From IMG/VR virus record IMGVR_UViG_3300032294_002710, positions 70,853 to 134,852 of that record: DNA of 64,000 nt; one strand, given 5' to 3'. This stretch comes from a virus. The notes under the pieces were generated by a model. That model saw nothing but the letters and a program-made list of their open reading frames with translations, was not told where the DNA came from and did no database searches. Of this stretch, positions 31,773 through 41,680 are shown one piece after another (the stretch's first letter is position 1; each line of letters starts with the position of its first letter). Made by a program: the position numbers and the translations under genes.

Positions 31773-31970
31773 ATGAGTGATTTAATTGGTAAAAAAGGTG
31801 AAAATTTAGAACCGGGTTATGTATGGGCGCCTTATATAATGGTAACTGATATAGTTTCAAGTCCAGGTTTTCCAAGTGCTACAATGAGATCTCGATATAA
31901 AAATCCTAAAATAGAAAAGATAAAAAAAATCCTCGAAAAAATCGAGGATTCTAATTTTACTTCAAGTTAG
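31773..31970 (+). CDS. Mini-protein resembling the C-terminal segment of T4 gp23-like major capsid protein plus KIEKIKKILEKI helix
   Basis: IGKKGENLEPGYVWAPYIMV..MRSRY resembles recalled gp23 VGYKGPNEMDAGIYYAPYVAL..FKTRY. Confidence 0.65.
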   Translation: MSDLIGKKGENLEPGYVWAPYIMVTDIVSSPGFPSATMRSRYKNPKIEKIKKILEKIEDSNFTSS

Positions 31971-32469
31971 TTAACTTGTATATCGTTTTATAGAAAAGAG
32001 CGATTATCTCATCAATTACGTTGTGTAGATGTGTATCTTCTTCTTTGATTGACTTTCTTTCTGCTCTGATAAAATCAACTGTTTGTTTAATATATTCAAG
32101 TGATTTCATTTGACCTGTTGCTGATGTATCAATTGTTTCATATCCTTCAACAATTCCGTATTGACCTTGGTAAGTCTCAATTAAGTCATCTGTAAATTCT
32201 AAAATTTCATCATAGAATGTATTTAACGCATCGTGTTCCCATCCTGAACCCATTTCAGACTTTACTTGTAGATGAAAAATGTGAGCCATTTGTCTAGCTT
32301 CAAATAACTTTGAGAAGAATTTAACAGGAGTAGACTCACCACTTTGCTGTGGCTCTGGTTGTTCCTGTTTAGTAGTTTCTTCAGGTTTTGTATCTGTATT
32401 TTGTGGCAAAGTTAATTCTTGCTCATTTATTCTTTTTGTTTTCTTTTGAAAATCTGAAAATCTTTTCAT
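31957..32469 (-). CDS. Ferritin-like four-helix protein (DUF5856-like)
   Basis: AHIFHLQ, HDALNTFYDE, DDLIETYQG, YKLTNL. Confidence 0.65.
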   Translation of the reverse strand: MKRFSDFQKKTKRINEQELTLPQNTDTKPEETTKQEQPEPQQSGESTPVKFFSKLFEARQMAHIFHLQVKSEMGSGWEHDALNTFYDEILEFTDDLIETYQGQYGIVEGYETIDTSATGQMKSLEYIKQTVDFIRAERKSIKEEDTHLHNVIDEIIALFYKTIYKLTNLK

Positions 32470-32493
32470 AGTAGATTTTTATTTTTTTATATA

Positions 32494-32700
32494 TTAAGAT
32501 TCTAACTCAGTATTATTACCTTTTTCTTCAATATTAAGTATTGTGTAGTCAGACTGATCTTCAATCGAACCTAATATAGAGTCACTTAGATAACCAGCTT
32601 CTCCCTCATTTTCTGCTTTGATTAAGAGTTTTAATTCTACTGAAACCTCGTAGAATCTTTCGTTGTTTTGATTTTCTAATATTTTAGTAAATTTTTTCAT
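32494..32700 (-). CDS. Hypothetical protein
   Basis: Likely start MKKFTKILE at 32700. Confidence 0.6.
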   Translation of the reverse strand: MKKFTKILENQNNERFYEVSVELKLLIKAENEGEAGYLSDSILGSIEDQSDYTILNIEEKGNNTELES

Positions 32701-33761
32701 AAGCTTGCTTTTATACTGTGTGCTTTTCTTTTTATTCTTTGACCAGCAAAGTTTATTCTTTTTTGCCAATATTTGAAGAATTCTAAACAATCCATTTTTC
32801 TTAATGTTGAAAAACTTATAAGTGGCTTTGTATTGTGTACTTTACACTCTTTTTCATAAGTTCTTATCCACATTTCTTTTATTCTCTCAGCTACTAATTT
32901 TTCAGATCCTTTATAAGGTTCATGCTCTGAAATAACCTGTAATAACTTATCATAGAATGTTTGATAGTTGAAATTCTCCATATCATCAGCTATTTGGTAG
33001 ATTTTAAATTTTTTAAGGTCTGTATCAGGATGTTCAGTTATGAAATAGTATATTTCCTGAACATTGGCTCTTATCTCATGATATTCAGAAATATAAAGGT
33101 AATAGTTAAATTTATTCCAAAATTTCCATATTTTTTTAGGAAAATTCCAAATGTTATTTCCAGTGAAAGATAGTGATGGATTAAAACTTCTATTCTCTGG
33201 TCTCATTATATCTGTATACTTAATTACTCTTAGGTAATGCTCATAGCAGTGATTTAACTCGTGATAGAATGTAGAAGCCACATCATCTACTAGGACATTA
33301 ACGTCTTCTTTTTTATTAATATCAAATGATGGCTTTACATCTATTGTTATTCCTAAACTTACAACAATACTATGTTCTGTTATTTGTTTTATAGGTTCTA
33401 CTATCTTTGAATATCCTGACCAGTTTTTATTTCCAAAATATGATGCAACTCCACCTGTTGCTAATTTTTTTGTAAATTCTGGATATTTTTTATCCCATTC
33501 TTTTTGAGTTAGTTTTTTATAATCTATATCTAATTCAAATTTAGTAACGGGAAATTTTGAATATAATTCTACATCTTTAATATATGGTCTTAGAATTATG
33601 TAGTTAATATCTTCTTTAATTTTTAAAGACTTATCTTCCGAATTTAAAAATTCTTTAAAAATACCCAGCGATCTAGATTCAAGAATACTTACAAAAAGTA
33701 AAGATGCCTCAGAAACACCGAGTTTTTCATTGACAAAATCATAAAAAGAAAAAATCCCCAT
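32697..33761 (-). CDS. HExxH putative metallopeptidase
   Basis: YHELNHCYEH, downstream EIRA; start MGIFSFYDFVNE. Confidence 0.55.
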   Translation of the reverse strand: MGIFSFYDFVNEKLGVSEASLLFVSILESRSLGIFKEFLNSEDKSLKIKEDINYIILRPYIKDVELYSKFPVTKFELDIDYKKLTQKEWDKKYPEFTKKLATGGVASYFGNKNWSGYSKIVEPIKQITEHSIVVSLGITIDVKPSFDINKKEDVNVLVDDVASTFYHELNHCYEHYLRVIKYTDIMRPENRSFNPSLSFTGNNIWNFPKKIWKFWNKFNYYLYISEYHEIRANVQEIYYFITEHPDTDLKKFKIYQIADDMENFNYQTFYDKLLQVISEHEPYKGSEKLVAERIKEMWIRTYEKECKVHNTKPLISFSTLRKMDCLEFFKYWQKRINFAGQRIKRKAHSIKASL

Positions 33762-33807
33762 AATGTATATATTATTATAGGGATTTCTTTTTTATCATGG
33801 AGTAAAA

Positions 33808-34236
33808 TTATATTAACTCTTGTAGTTTAGATTCTCTTAAATCTTGTTGATCAACTTCAACTTGAACCATTTCGTAGAAGTTTATATCTACCATACTAGC
33901 ATATTTTTTAGATTCTTCATCACTTGCCATTTGGTGTAGTCTGTATTCATCTGGCTGTGACCATCGATCTTTAGACTCAATTTTACCATATTTTTCATTT
34001 AGAGAGTTGCAAAAATTTAGTAATTCATCCGGATCATCACAAATATCTTCAATATCGTAAGAATACTCAGAGATATTAGTATTTTTAAATTCACTAATAT
34101 TCATCTTTTCAACCTCTTCTCTTGCTCCTTCTTGTGTGAAGAAAATCTTATGTGGATGTCCACCACCACTTTCCGCTTGTGAATACACTTCATCATTGTA
34201 CTCAAATCCCTTTTGTAAAACTACATACGCTATCAT
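33808..34236 (-). CDS. Hypothetical protein
   Basis: GFEYNDEVY; C-terminal RESKLQELI. Confidence 0.7.
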   Translation of the reverse strand: MIAYVVLQKGFEYNDEVYSQAESGGGHPHKIFFTQEGAREEVEKMNISEFKNTNISEYSYDIEDICDDPDELLNFCNSLNEKYGKIESKDRWSQPDEYRLHQMASDEESKKYASMVDINFYEMVQVEVDQQDLRESKLQELI

Positions 34237-34237
34237 A

Positions 34238-34726
34238 TTATACTGTTTTTAAATTGTTTACCCATTTATTTATCTGTGAATCAGCCATTTTGATTATCTC
34301 ATCTTTACTATAACCTTGAGTTGATAAAATATCCATTGACATTATTAAACAGTCAACTGATTCAAGTAAAATATTTTCTTTTATTTGTTCTTTTGTTAGA
34401 TTGGAATTTTTAAATCCAATCATTTTTAAGGTTTCTGCTGAAAGTTCACCAACTTCTTCTTGTAATTTACAAACTCTTTCGATTAAACTATATCCTTCTA
34501 ATTCAGATACATTTTGTATTAACTCATAAATATAGTCAAAATCCTCTCTATTTTCTTCATTTAAAGAAACTTTTGACATATTATTTTGTTCATAATGTTC
34601 CAAAAGTTGTTGAATTATAAGAATTTCATTAGTTTGTTCTTCAGTTAGTTCGACTCCATATAGACTATCTAAATATTCATTAAATTTTTTATAGTCTTCT
34701 TTTGTTTTTATTGGCTTTAATTTCAT
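34238..34726 (-). CDS. MazG-like NTP pyrophosphohydrolase with HigA-like N-terminus
   Basis: KLQEEVGELSAE..ESVD; N-terminal LKPIKTKEDY..LLEHYE. Confidence 0.65.
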   Translation of the reverse strand: MKLKPIKTKEDYKKFNEYLDSLYGVELTEEQTNEILIIQQLLEHYEQNNMSKVSLNEENREDFDYIYELIQNVSELEGYSLIERVCKLQEEVGELSAETLKMIGFKNSNLTKEQIKENILLESVDCLIMSMDILSTQGYSKDEIIKMADSQINKWVNNLKTV

Positions 34727-34773
34727 AAATGAAATTTTAAAATTAATATATAAGTAAAATTCAAAGCTTATAT

Positions 34774-35082
34774 ATGAAGCATATTAAAATGTTTGAAAGA
34801 TTTAGAAAAGGTTCTAAAATTTCTAAAAAAAATGAAGAGTTTATAATGGGTGGTGATACCGAAACTGCTCCAGTTATTGCACCGCCTGCTACTCCAACTA
34901 CAACACCAAGACCTTGGAGACCGGTTCCAACTCAAGTTCCAAAACCTGGCACTGAGGAAAAACCAATGGGTACTTTTCAAGAAGTTATGGATATTTTTAT
35001 GACAGAATTAGATAAAATTAAAGATACTCCAGAGGGTCAAGAAATTATAAAAAATTTACAAGCTAAATATGGGAATATTTAA
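34774..35082 (+). CDS. Pro/Thr-rich protein with capsid-targeting-like N-terminus
   Basis: MKHIKMFERF; PPATPTTTPRP. Confidence 0.7.
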   Translation: MKHIKMFERFRKGSKISKKNEEFIMGGDTETAPVIAPPATPTTTPRPWRPVPTQVPKPGTEEKPMGTFQEVMDIFMTELDKIKDTPEGQEIIKNLQAKYGNI

Positions 35083-36514
35083 AAAATATAATGACTTCCT
35101 CAATGAGGCCTCTTTAAAGAACAATATTGGTGTGCCTGGTGAAGGTGGTACTGAAGGATCTTGGTTAGAAAATGTTAACCGTGAACAAAGAGAAAAGGTA
35201 AGAGAGTTTGAGAGAACTAATATGGGTTTATTGCAAAATTTTCCTCGTATTATTCAAGACTCACAAAGACTTCAAAGTGGAAGAGAAAGACAACTTTCTG
35301 AACTTTGCGAGAAGGCATTCTATCAGTTATTTGGAACCTTATTGGATGATGTTACTCTTGATTTAAAAATAGGTGGTGAGGCTCGTCAAATGATGAGTGA
35401 AACTCCTGAGAAATCAAGACAAAAGATTGAGGATATTGTTGATGAAAGAGTTTTGAATGAAATAATGAAAAGAAAAATATTAAGAACTATTCAACAAGGT
35501 AAAGGTCTTAATTCTAAATCTTTATTAAATTTACCACTTTTTAAAGATGGTGTAAAAGAAATTCTTGGAGAAAGAAATGCTCAACAGTATATTGATAGCT
35601 TGAATAATATTGTTAAAGTTATGGCATTTTTTGATGCTACTTTATCTGAAGCTCAAATAACTCAAGCTGTTAAAAACTCTGCACAGGGTGCTTGTGATAT
35701 TGAAATTGAAGAGGTTGAGGCTCAAGATGAAGATAAACAAGAGAAAAGTGCAGAAGATCTAATTAAAGACTTAGAAAACGGTATAGATTTAACTGAAACA
35801 GATTCAGATATATTAAGTAATATAAGAGTTACTATTAAGGCAAGAGGAGTTGATTTGGGTATATTAATTCACGAATCACTAAAAGGTATTTATAAATTAG
35901 CAACTCAAATGAGTCTTGAACACTTACCAGAAGAAATTGCTCAACAAGTATTGCAAAATACTGAAACTTTATCAGACGAGCCACAAGAATTTAAATATGG
36001 ACCTTCTATGCAGAAGCATTTTGAAAAAGTTATTAATACACATCCTAAAGTTAAGTCAATTATTGATAACTTAACAAGAAATATTTTAAGAGGTGAGAAA
36101 GAAGAAATTGCATCAGCTGAGAATGATTTAGCTGCTTTTCAAGAGCAATTATTCTTTTTTGTTTTTGGATATTTAGCAGCGCTTGGTAAAGATGATCCAA
36201 AAGAGATGTTAAAGGTTGTTTACGCAGTTTTAGCTGATAAGAAAGATGATATTGAGAGATTATTTTTCCCAATAGTTTCTAGCTCAGTTGCTTCTTTAGA
36301 ACAAGAATTTAGTTATCAACAAAGTAAAAATCAGCCAAAAGCTGAACCAAAACAAGAAGAGCCTAAAGATGAACAACCTAAAGTTGAACCTAAAAAATCT
36401 GAAACAACTTTATCTGATTTACAGGAAGAATTGGATGATGCACTTGATAGTGAAGATTATGAAAAGGCTGCAAAAATAAGAGATGAGATAAGTAGGAGAT
36501 TTCCAAATAAATAA
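35069..36514 (+). CDS. Phage protein with C-terminal UVR motif
   Basis: LDDALDSEDYEKAAKIRDEI; start MGIFKKYNDFLNE. Confidence 0.75.
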   Translation: MGIFKKYNDFLNEASLKNNIGVPGEGGTEGSWLENVNREQREKVREFERTNMGLLQNFPRIIQDSQRLQSGRERQLSELCEKAFYQLFGTLLDDVTLDLKIGGEARQMMSETPEKSRQKIEDIVDERVLNEIMKRKILRTIQQGKGLNSKSLLNLPLFKDGVKEILGERNAQQYIDSLNNIVKVMAFFDATLSEAQITQAVKNSAQGACDIEIEEVEAQDEDKQEKSAEDLIKDLENGIDLTETDSDILSNIRVTIKARGVDLGILIHESLKGIYKLATQMSLEHLPEEIAQQVLQNTETLSDEPQEFKYGPSMQKHFEKVINTHPKVKSIIDNLTRNILRGEKEEIASAENDLAAFQEQLFFFVFGYLAALGKDDPKEMLKVVYAVLADKKDDIERLFFPIVSSSVASLEQEFSYQQSKNQPKAEPKQEEPKDEQPKVEPKKSETTLSDLQEELDDALDSEDYEKAAKIRDEISRRFPNK

Positions 36515-36525
36515 TTAATAAACAT

Positions 36526-38526
36526 ATGTTATTTAGATATTCAGAATTTAATAGTAATTTAAAAGTAAACGAAAATATAGCAGGTGCTAAAAAAGTACTA
36601 AAAGATACTTTTGTATTAAATAAAGCATTAGTAGGATTAGAACTTGGTTATAAAACTGATCCAAGTGGTATGTTTGTAACAGATAAATCCGGTGCTCCTG
36701 TAGACTTCAATAACTTACCTGAAGAAACTAAAGCTGAGGCTAAAAAGAAACTTAGAGAGATCAAAGTAAGTGAAGAAGAACAAAGACAAATCGATAGACA
36801 TCCTAAATTTCAAGAAATTAGAGAATTTTTAGGTGATAAGTTAGGTTGGGCGCAATTATTTACCTATTTATATTTTAAAGAAAAGGTTGAGGTAAATGAA
36901 CTCAAAGCTATATTTAATGATCTGAATACATATCATGATCTTCTTGCCAAATTGAGAAGACCAATTTCTAATTATATTGATCCGAATATTACAAATAATG
37001 CTGAACAATTAATAGATGACTTGGAAGATGTTAAGAGATATAGAAAACTTAAAAAGTTCATTGATGAGTTTAACAGAGATTTAAAAACTGACTATGCTCA
37101 AGCTCCTAAATACTTTAAAGATCGTTTAGTTGATATTGCGGCAGCTTTTGATGAATTGGGAAAAGATGATGAAACTGGTAAAATAGATCCAGAGAAACAA
37201 AGAAATATTCAAAAAAGATTCTTTGATAAAATCGGAAGATATAAAACAGTTAGAGAATTGACTGCTGGTGCTGACTCGTTCTTAAAAGCTGAGTCAAATG
37301 CTGGTACTGCTAAGTTTTATCAAGCTATTGATAAGTGTAATAAGAAGTATGGTGATTATGGTGTTAAGGTTTTATACGATGAAGGTGGTCTAATGGTTAT
37401 GGAAATTAAATCATTTGCCGCTTGTAAAGATTTATTCTCAAATACATCTTGGTGTATTGCACAATATTTAAATCAGTGGAATAGCTATGTTGGTGGTGAT
37501 GATGTTTATAATAAACAATATGCTATATTAAACTTCAATTTAGCACCATCTAATAATGAGTCAATTATTGGAATAACGATTGAGCCAAGACAAGCTGTTA
37601 GAGCTTGTCACTTGAAAAATGATGCTGGTGTTAGAGATAGATTTCATGCTATTTTTAATAAATTTGAGGCGGAATTGGGACTGAAGAAAGGATTTATATG
37701 GGAAGGTTTAGTGCCAATGACAGATAAAGAAATCGACGAGAAGAGAAGAAGAATAGTTGCTAATAGAGAAGTTATTAAGAAAGGACTAACATTAGACCAA
37801 GTTAAAAAATATGTAGTTGAAGATGGTGCTGATGTTAATGCTGGAAATGGTGCGGCACTTGATAATGCTGTTGCTGAAGATGATCTTGCAAAAGTTGAAT
37901 TCCTATTAGACTATGGTGCATCTGCTAACCTTCGTAGTAGACAAGAAGCTACTGTAAATAAGGTTAAGTCTTTTGAAATTTTAAAATTGTTAATCAGTAA
38001 AGGTGCTGAAATCACACCACAAGTGTTTAAATCTCTTGTTGAAGATGAGGATGCAGTTAGATTCTGTTTAGATAATGGATTAGATCCTAACTTTAACGAT
38101 AACATGCCGATGAGAATAGCTATTAAGAACGGTAAGTTTAACTTGGTTAAAATGTTAGAGGAGTATAATGTTGATAGCGATAATAAGCGTCAAATGAATA
38201 CTAAACACGCTGCTGAGTATAATCACTGGGATATATTAGAGTACTTTATTTCTAAAGGTGGTGGATATACTAAAGGCTTCCAAGAAGTATTGAAATGGAT
38301 TGGACATACTCAGAAATATAATAACACTAAAGATCCAATTGGTCATAAATTTGAAGTTTTAAATAGACTTCAGAAATATATTGATGATGGTAAAGTTGAG
38401 TGTGATGAAAGACCATATAAGATTGGTGCTGATAGAAACTGTACACTTGAACAAGTTTTGGATAAATATGGTAGTGTTAAAGATTGGGTAATTGCGTCAC
38501 ATCCAGATTTATCTAAAAGAGCTTAA
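36526..38526 (+). CDS. Ankyrin-repeat protein with SWCI motif
   Basis: GADVNAG..AL..AV..VEFLLDYGA ankyrin-like repeats; TSWCIA. Confidence 0.75.
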   Translation: MLFRYSEFNSNLKVNENIAGAKKVLKDTFVLNKALVGLELGYKTDPSGMFVTDKSGAPVDFNNLPEETKAEAKKKLREIKVSEEEQRQIDRHPKFQEIREFLGDKLGWAQLFTYLYFKEKVEVNELKAIFNDLNTYHDLLAKLRRPISNYIDPNITNNAEQLIDDLEDVKRYRKLKKFIDEFNRDLKTDYAQAPKYFKDRLVDIAAAFDELGKDDETGKIDPEKQRNIQKRFFDKIGRYKTVRELTAGADSFLKAESNAGTAKFYQAIDKCNKKYGDYGVKVLYDEGGLMVMEIKSFAACKDLFSNTSWCIAQYLNQWNSYVGGDDVYNKQYAILNFNLAPSNNESIIGITIEPRQAVRACHLKNDAGVRDRFHAIFNKFEAELGLKKGFIWEGLVPMTDKEIDEKRRRIVANREVIKKGLTLDQVKKYVVEDGADVNAGNGAALDNAVAEDDLAKVEFLLDYGASANLRSRQEATVNKVKSFEILKLLISKGAEITPQVFKSLVEDEDAVRFCLDNGLDPNFNDNMPMRIAIKNGKFNLVKMLEEYNVDSDNKRQMNTKHAAEYNHWDILEYFISKGGGYTKGFQEVLKWIGHTQKYNNTKDPIGHKFEVLNRLQKYIDDGKVECDERPYKIGADRNCTLEQVLDKYGSVKDWVIASHPDLSKRA

Positions 38527-39056
38527 CCTTTTAACAGGTCATCTAAGTTAGATTCTCTTGCGAGTCCAGATTCAACCATTATATCATTATAAAGATCTGT
38601 GAAGTTATCAGTATTTAATTCTTTAAATATTTCTGTTACTTTAGATACAGTATCATCATAGAGAGTAGTGTCTTTAAATGCTACTCTTTTATCTTTATAT
38701 GTTAGAATGTATCCAGTTTCTTTTATTATTTCAAGATTGAAGTATTCAGATGAGTTATAAGATTGATTATAATTCAGATTTGATTTTTTTAATCCGTAAT
38801 CAGAAGAGATATTTATAGATTTTTCGTGAATATTTATACTCAAATTATCTCTAAGCTTTAAGAGTCTAAATATCATATTTCTTGTCTTCTCTTTCGTGTT
38901 ATCGTCAGATTCCGAAAACATATAATCATTAAATTGATTGTGAGCAGGTTCTATTGCATATTTTACTTTTTCAGATTTAATTTTATTTCTATCTACTTTA
39001 TTTTTAAAATTATTTAGAGATTTTTCAAATATTTTTTTCAATTTCTTCTTTTTCAT
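38523..39056 (-). CDS. Hypothetical protein
   Basis: Start uncertain; C-terminal RESNLDDLL. Confidence 0.6.
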   Translation of the reverse strand: MKKKKLKKIFEKSLNNFKNKVDRNKIKSEKVKYAIEPAHNQFNDYMFSESDDNTKEKTRNMIFRLLKLRDNLSINIHEKSINISSDYGLKKSNLNYNQSYNSSEYFNLEIIKETGYILTYKDKRVAFKDTTLYDDTVSKVTEIFKELNTDNFTDLYNDIMVESGLARESNLDDLLKG

Positions 39057-39120
39057 AAAATTTATATTTAAAATCATGGGATAGTTTAAATTAGATATAT
39101 ACATAAAATATTGAAATTTT

Positions 39121-39828
39121 GTGAATTTTATAGGAATTGACCCGTCATTAATATCAACCGCAGTTGTAGTAAATGGAAAAATTTTAAACTATTGTAGAGA
39201 GTCTAAAGTTATGTTAAAGAGTGGAATGTCTAAATGGTTTAAATCAGCTGAACAATACTGCACTTACAGATTTATATCATATAGAGATTTTAATAACTAT
39301 TCTGATGGTGAGCTTACAAAACTTAAAGACTATGACTTTATAACTGAAATGATTATTGAAGATATACTATCGAATATAAATCCTAACGAAGAATCTAAAA
39401 TAGGAATAGAAGGGTATAACTTTGGTGCTACTGTTGGTGACCTAATAGATCTTGTAACATTTTCAACATTATTGAGAAAGAAATTATTTGATAGAGTAAG
39501 TGAAGATATTATAGTTATGTCACCATCTACTTTAAAGTTAGAAGCTTGTAAATTAACTTATGATCCAATCGTTAAAGAAGTTGGTAAAAAAGTTAAGAGA
39601 ATTGAATATGAATATAGAAATAAATTAGGAATCTCTGGTGGTAAATTTACTAAAAGAGATATGGCACTTGCTATTATGGATAATGATAAAATTGATGACA
39701 CTTGGTTTAAATATTTGAAATCAATTAGAACCGAGATTTTAGAAGTTAAGGATATTCAAAAGCCGCACGAGGATGTTAATGATGCAGTTTTGATTTATCA
39801 CATACTTAAAAGTGGAAATATAAGTTAA
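39121..39828 (+). CDS. RuvC-like Holliday junction resolvase
   Basis: FIGIDPSL, GIEGY, SPSTLK, DVNDA. Confidence 0.8.
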   Translation: MNFIGIDPSLISTAVVVNGKILNYCRESKVMLKSGMSKWFKSAEQYCTYRFISYRDFNNYSDGELTKLKDYDFITEMIIEDILSNINPNEESKIGIEGYNFGATVGDLIDLVTFSTLLRKKLFDRVSEDIIVMSPSTLKLEACKLTYDPIVKEVGKKVKRIEYEYRNKLGISGGKFTKRDMALAIMDNDKIDDTWFKYLKSIRTEILEVKDIQKPHEDVNDAVLIYHILKSGNIS

Positions 39829-39839
39829 ATATATAACTC

Positions 39840-40160
39840 ATGAATAGAACAAACTTTGAGGACATATTTGGTGAAGATTCAAAAGATTATTTTGATAAAA
39901 TCATAGAAAGATATGGTTTAAAACCGCAATATAATGTCTACCAAAATGAACAAAATGAGGTTATAGTTGATGAGGCTTGGATATCTCCAGACAGTGAAAG
40001 TGTTAAAGCTAACAGAATATTTAAACTTGATGTGTTTTTTTTAGATTTAATAAAAGAAGAATCAAGAATGGATGTTCTTAAAAAAGCATTAGATCTATAT
40101 GTCTCTGTTGAAGACTATGAAAACGCCGCTTTAGTAAGAGATATTATTCAGATTTATTAA
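39840..40160 (+). CDS. Small protein with C-terminal UVR motif
   Basis: VEDYENAALVRDII. Confidence 0.65.
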   Translation: MNRTNFEDIFGEDSKDYFDKIIERYGLKPQYNVYQNEQNEVIVDEAWISPDSESVKANRIFKLDVFFLDLIKEESRMDVLKKALDLYVSVEDYENAALVRDIIQIY

Positions 40161-40636
40161 TCCTTATACTTACCGCCACTTCTTTTCCTCTTACAATATT
40201 GTTTTTGACTAAACCCTTTAGGATTATTGCAGTCTATTGATCTTTTATATTTAACAGACCATCTACTTTTCATACCTTTTCTAGGATTATTGGATTCTTT
40301 AATTAACTGATGAATAGTCAATACAATCTTGTTAGATTTCTCATCTAATTCACAACTTTTTATCTTAAAATTCATCACATCAAAGTGTGCCTCAACTTGA
40401 GTATAGATTTCTTTTTTCTTTAAGAAGTTAAACTCTTCTTTTAAATCATTCGGTTTATTATCTTCTTCTTTGTCAAAAAGTTCAACTTTAAAGTTTTCCT
40501 CATCAACCTCAGCTAATTGTATTCCAATAAATGGATATCTGTCTAATAAGTCAGCAAATACGAATGATAATACATCTTCGTCAATATCAAAGTGTTTATC
40601 AAAATCAAAAAATTCAAAAGTCTTTAAGTATTTCAT
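40157..40636 (-). CDS. Hypothetical protein with capsid-targeting-like N-terminus and basic C-terminal module
   Basis: MKYLKTFEFF; WSVKYKRSIDCNNPKGFSQKQYC. Confidence 0.7.
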   Translation of the reverse strand: MKYLKTFEFFDFDKHFDIDEDVLSFVFADLLDRYPFIGIQLAEVDEENFKVELFDKEEDNKPNDLKEEFNFLKKKEIYTQVEAHFDVMNFKIKSCELDEKSNKIVLTIHQLIKESNNPRKGMKSRWSVKYKRSIDCNNPKGFSQKQYCKRKRSGGKYKD

Positions 40637-40653
40637 AGTAATGTATATATTTA

Positions 40654-40685
40654 TTTGATAAGTTCAAAAAATATACTTATATTTG
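40654..40685 (+). promoter_or_regulatory. Bacteroidota-type sigma-A promoter
   Basis: TTTG-N20-TATATTTG. Confidence 0.7.
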
Positions 40686-40690
40686 TAATT

Positions 40691-41104
40691 ATGAAGTCAC
40701 ACAAACTAGAACACTCAAAAGCAATTGATTTCTTACTTGGTGGTAAGTCAGTATTTACATTTGTAAATACTAAAACTGAAAATCGTTTTACTTTTAAGGT
40801 AAAGAAACATAAGACTGATGATGTTTTTTTTGTTAGTGTGTTGACCAATCCAGAGGTTTACCAATTTATTGGTTCGTTAAAGAACAAATCTTTTACACAC
40901 TCTAAAAAATCTAAAATATCTAAAGATGCTCAATCTGTTAGAGTTTTTGATTATGTTTTTTCAAATTTGTGTAAAGGTACATTGCCGGAGTTTATTGAAA
41001 TTTGGCATGAAGGTAGGTGTGGTAAGTGTGGTAGAACCTTGACAGTACCATCAAGTATTGAAAGTGGTTTTGGTCCAGAATGTTCTAAACGAGTTAAAAA
41101 TTAA
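40691..41104 (+). CDS. DUF6011-like zinc-binding protein
   Basis: GRCGKCGRTLTVPSSIESGFGPEC. Confidence 0.7.
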   Translation: MKSHKLEHSKAIDFLLGGKSVFTFVNTKTENRFTFKVKKHKTDDVFFVSVLTNPEVYQFIGSLKNKSFTHSKKSKISKDAQSVRVFDYVFSNLCKGTLPEFIEIWHEGRCGKCGRTLTVPSSIESGFGPECSKRVKN

Positions 41105-41107
41105 AAT

Positions 41108-41578
41108 ATGATTTCCTTTATTATTTCACTTATTCCATTTAGTATGATTTGTTACTACCTTATCATTATAAAGAGGAGTGGTGGCGTTAAAGATTATGTG
41201 TCTAATTTGGGTGATAAAAAACGAGGACAGAATTGTTACGAGTGTTATATACCTCTCAATTCTCAAATCGACTACGCAAATCTTGATAAGTGTGATCCTA
41301 AATTGTGCCTTTCTTGTGAAAGAGATCGCGCTGTAAAATCTCTTTTTAATCCATTCAAGAGTAAAATTTATAAATTTAACAAGTTTTTCTTCACTAAAAA
41401 GTTTGAAAAATATCAGTTTGTTATTCTAATGTTGAGTTTGGGTGTAATAATATCCAATATAGTGTTATCGTTTTTTGAAATAAAGATTACAAGTATACCA
41501 GGTAATCTATTATTGAGCCTTTACTGGTTCTTGATGGTATATCGTGTTAGGATTGTAAATAAAAAATCCTCTCAATAA
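41108..41578 (+). CDS. Membrane protein with two CxxC motifs
   Basis: TM segments; CYEC, CLSC. Confidence 0.6.
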   Translation: MISFIISLIPFSMICYYLIIIKRSGGVKDYVSNLGDKKRGQNCYECYIPLNSQIDYANLDKCDPKLCLSCERDRAVKSLFNPFKSKIYKFNKFFFTKKFEKYQFVILMLSLGVIISNIVLSFFEIKITSIPGNLLLSLYWFLMVYRVRIVNKKSSQ

Positions 41579-41680
41579 TTTGAGAGGATTAGGGCCGACT
41601 CTCGCCGGGTTCCACCACTTTGTTTTTACTCAAACAAAGAAACATAATTCTTATATAATTAAAAAATAAAATGTTTTTAA

